DNA of 64,000 nt, taken from positions 124,001-188,000 of the forward strand of contig JAAOMT010000694.1 of the NCBI GenBank assembly GCA_016748015.1, in the 5' to 3' direction. The position numbers and the translations under genes are program-made. The stretch comes from Geosiphon pyriformis uo1. Lineage: Eukaryota > Fungi > Glomeromycota. This document shows positions 60,655 to 64,000 of this stretch, piece by piece; within the stretch, counting starts at the first letter, position 1, and every line of letters starts with the position of its first letter. The notes below the pieces were generated by a model. That model was not told the origin of the DNA and ran no database searches. It was given only the letters and a program-made list of their open reading frames with translations.

Positions 60655-63600
60655 TTGTTTTTTTTTTTGTTTTTTTAACGAGTGAGATCCAAACATTACC
60701 TAGTACTATACATTATAATAGATCTAAACTAGGTGTAAATTATGCATTTTCTATACATAACCAGTCACTCAAACTGATCAAGACAACACTAAATCCTTAT
60801 ATAAATTGAGACTGATACCTGAAAAAAATAAATGTAAACTATAAAAACCAAAACCAACACCAAATGCTTCAGCAATACTTAGCAATTTAATTACACCAAC
60901 AGAAAGCATTGATAACAGCCCAAAAATTAAAACTGAAGCTAAATTATCAACTGGAATCAGCCTATTTTTTTCTATGAAAGCATGATATTTAACATAAACT
61001 AATCAAACCTTATCTCTAAATGTAAGACAAAAGTTATGCACAAAGTTCACAACCTTTTAAACCACAATCTTGGAATCTCCAAAAATAGAAGCAGTTTCCT
61101 GAAGCCAATTTTTGAAGACAAATTTTTTACAAAGAGTTGTGCACACTACAACATTTATTATACAAGAAGACAATAATTGAGACATATAAGAAGAAGAAAG
61201 AAAAAGACCAAAAAGTATATACCATACAGCTGTATAGACATCCAACAATCAATGGCAAACAAAATCATCAATTCTACAAGAAAAAGCATGGTCCAAAACC
61301 TCAACATTGCCACAATACAAACAAGATACACTGGAATAACATTTGTTATATAGGCACTTTTGAACAACAACAGACAACTGATAATGTAAAGCCTTCATAA
61401 AGTATATACAAACACCAACAATAGACTTACTAGTAAAACCAACAGCCATGTGTAAATCGGGATGTTACACCAAAAATAAACTAAGCTAATCAACATCTGA
61501 AAACAAATTACTACTCAAAATTCTAGAATCAAAACCAATTTCCCAACATGTACAATGAACAGCTTAAAAGATCCTATAAACAAAATGTCTAGAACTACCA
61601 AAAATAACACTTTCTTTAGCCATAATAAAATATTTATCCACATGGGAGAAAAAATACCAATGAGAAAGAGAAGCAACATTAGCAAATACATTAGCATGTT
61701 TATTATTTAAGACTCTTGAGTAATCTTTTACTTTGTGCTAGTTAATATTCAAATTCTTTCTTCTAATAACATTTATAATGTGCTGATACTTAACCCAATA
61801 CCAATTCCGAAAATCCAGACACACCAGATCCAATTCCAACTTACATGCATCCAAGGCAGTTTAACTGTCTGTAAAAAAGCAAACTGAGCTTAGAAAGGAA
61901 ATACACTCAAGAGCCAAAGCAATTGCTTGCATTTCTGTCAAAGTAGATAACATCAAACCAGAGATTCTGATTCCTAAATCCAAGCCAATATTATCAAAAA
62001 AAACTGCAGCACCAGCTTTTATGTTAATGCTTTCCAAGTCCTTTAGAGATCTATTTGTATAGACAGAAAGGCTGTCAGCTACAACATCCAACAAATAATC
62101 ACAAACAAGCCTAAACTTATGAGACTCCAAAACATTCAATGGCTCAAAAGCATTTAAAAAAGAGGAGTAGACAAAAGAAGAAGCCACACCACCCAAAAAT
62201 TCAATGAAAAGCTTAAACCAATTGGGAACAGGACTACACAGATCCAACTTTTCCCAATGTTTGAAGGTTTTTCAATCAAAAATAACATCATTATGACTGC
62301 AAAGCTACTCCACAAATACAATGCTATATTGCTAAAGCAAAAAAACAAACAAAAAGAAATTAAACTTACCAAGCACTTCTAACATAGAAGTACTATTCTG
62401 AAAATGGAAAACATTGCTCATTAGACCACCCAGAGACAAATTGTACTCATAAAAAACACAAAACACACCAGTTAAGAAGTTATTAGATAGACTGATCCTA
62501 ATGTAAGCCAGAGAACTTAAAGGATGCACCAGACACCAGCACAAAGCTTGCAAGTTGTAAGATCTGTGTGAAAACAAATGACCTAATATCCTGTCAGAAT
62601 TTGCAAAACACACAACAGAAGCCAATTTGCCTTCAGTCTATACTTGCTCAAAAGTCTTAACACCATACAGAAAAGAATGATAGAGCATATTACTAGGAAA
62701 ATTGAGAGGCAGACCAGCTTTTAACTTCAAGCCCTTGCAAATTAAAGCATTCTACTTGTTGCATACATTAATAGACATTGTTACGGGATGGTTTTCTTGT
62801 TATATTTAATTGCTGATATCCCGCTTTAATTGCAATCAGTCTTTCGTGAGTTCCTCAATTCTATTTGTGTGATAATGTCACTGTTACACTGAAGGCTTTC
62901 TTTTTACTGTTGCAATGTAAGTTATTCTTTAATTCTTGATTGTTGTGTGTGTTTATGTACTCCTTCTCAGAGGCTGAACTGAAATCTATCCACTGTCTGG
63001 GGTCTTCTCTGAGGCTATCCTTGCAATTGCCTGATGTGTTTCTCTAATCTAGAAACACAGAATGTTAATGGTCTTTAGCGCTTTTCTAATTCTCACAATA
63101 AAGCTTTTATCAATTAGTAACAACGTGAATAATCTTGATCAAGGATTATTCTTCCAAGGNNNNNNNNNNNNNNNNNNNNATTTAATTTGAAAGTATGATT
63201 TAAAGTGGAGTTTGTTAGATAAAATTGGATCTATTGCTTGATAAGTTATGATTTTTATTACTTGATTGATTCTTTTCCAATATTAAAACTACTGTATATA
63301 TACATGTTTGTAGTTCTACAAGAAAATACTTTCTTTTTGATATTTCAACCTGGTGCTTGCTGCTATCACCAGTTGGTGTTGGCTGCTATTGTAAACTGGT
63401 GCTTGCTACTATCGCGAGATGGTGTTTGCTACTATGTTAATCATTACCTTTCTAAGATTATTACTGTGCTATATTATGATTGAATAGTTTGTATTATTTT
63501 TATGATTCTTTTTGCTAAATTCTTAAACCGTAACAACATGAAGCTAAATAATGTTTAGTAACTAATAATAGGATAAAGAACTACTAACACCAAATAAAAA

Positions 63601-64000
63601 AACTGCTTATTCGAAATAGTTTTCTTTAAAACAAGGTTGGAAAAAAACTGAACATTTGAATGTGCCTTAGCCAAGCTAAGCTTAGACAACCCCTTAATAA
63701 ATAAAAAAATATCCAGGTAATAATAGAACTCTCCTCTTTTTGTGATGAAAATAGGCAAATCACTGATTAACAAAAAAGGACTTGTAACTCTGGAATTAAT
63801 AAAAATGATCACAGTCTTGTCATTATTAATTAAAATGTCATTAATTCAAAAAAATTTACTAGCAACATTGAAAATATGCTGTATAGTACTTTGATTACTG
63901 CCAACTCAGATAGTATTATTGACAAAAGCACTAGCAGCAAAAAAAGAAGACAATCCAGCCTGAGATTTAACATGACTGGTCTTGAAAATAAAATGAAAAT
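60655..64000 (-). mobile_element. LINE remnant (RT C-terminus, RNase H, CCHC, 3' UTR, poly(A)), same family as 8396-11317
   Basis: YLDIFL..GLSKLSLAKAH; SLSVYTNRSL; TEMQAIALAL; FFTDS; CLYCGNVEVLDHAFSC. Stop at 60791-60789. T-tract at 60655-60676. Confidence 0.9.
62779..63535. repeat. E-family LTR inserted in the LINE (apparent solo LTR containing an assembly gap)
   Basis: tgttacgg...ccgtaaca 8-bp terminal inverted repeat. Perfect TSD ACAT (62775-62778, 63536-63539). LINE frame is continuous across the site (FSFM|SINVCNK). Ns at 63160-63179. Confidence 0.85.

Overview
AT-rich eukaryotic DNA, almost certainly fungal. The repeat families resemble those I recall from Glomeromycotina, possibly Geosiphon; that is an impression, not a search result. 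No intact host gene is recognisable. The window is a pile of nested, decayed transposons, and I named the families A-E myself. Left to right: the end of an A-family LTR (1-455) inserted in Ty3/Gypsy copy B0 (456-6831); B0 sits in the 3' ORF of Gypsy D, whose LTR abuts a LINE (8396-11317). A minus-strand Gypsy C (11509-48929, TSD ATAT) carries full-length A1 (11629-21249) in its 3' LTR and full-length B1 (27038-47054) in its gag. B1 in turn carries full-length A2 (29396-39212, minus) in its gag. Next is a Tc1/IS630-like DDE transposase relic (~52134-59700) interrupted by LTR insertions, then a second LINE (minus, 60655-64000) with an E-family LTR inside it. Comparing copies shows an unusual shared architecture. 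ORF1 runs Gag (with a long Met-poor N-terminal extension, probably GUG-initiated), protease, a ~200-aa multi-zinc-finger domain, dUTPase, a degenerate dUTPase-like domain, RT and RNase H, and then stops. After an A/C-rich spacer, integrase is a separate ATG-started ORF. A third non-Env ORF, conserved across four families, ends at or runs through the PPT into the LTR. All copies are heavily eroded by C>T/G>A transitions in all dinucleotide contexts.
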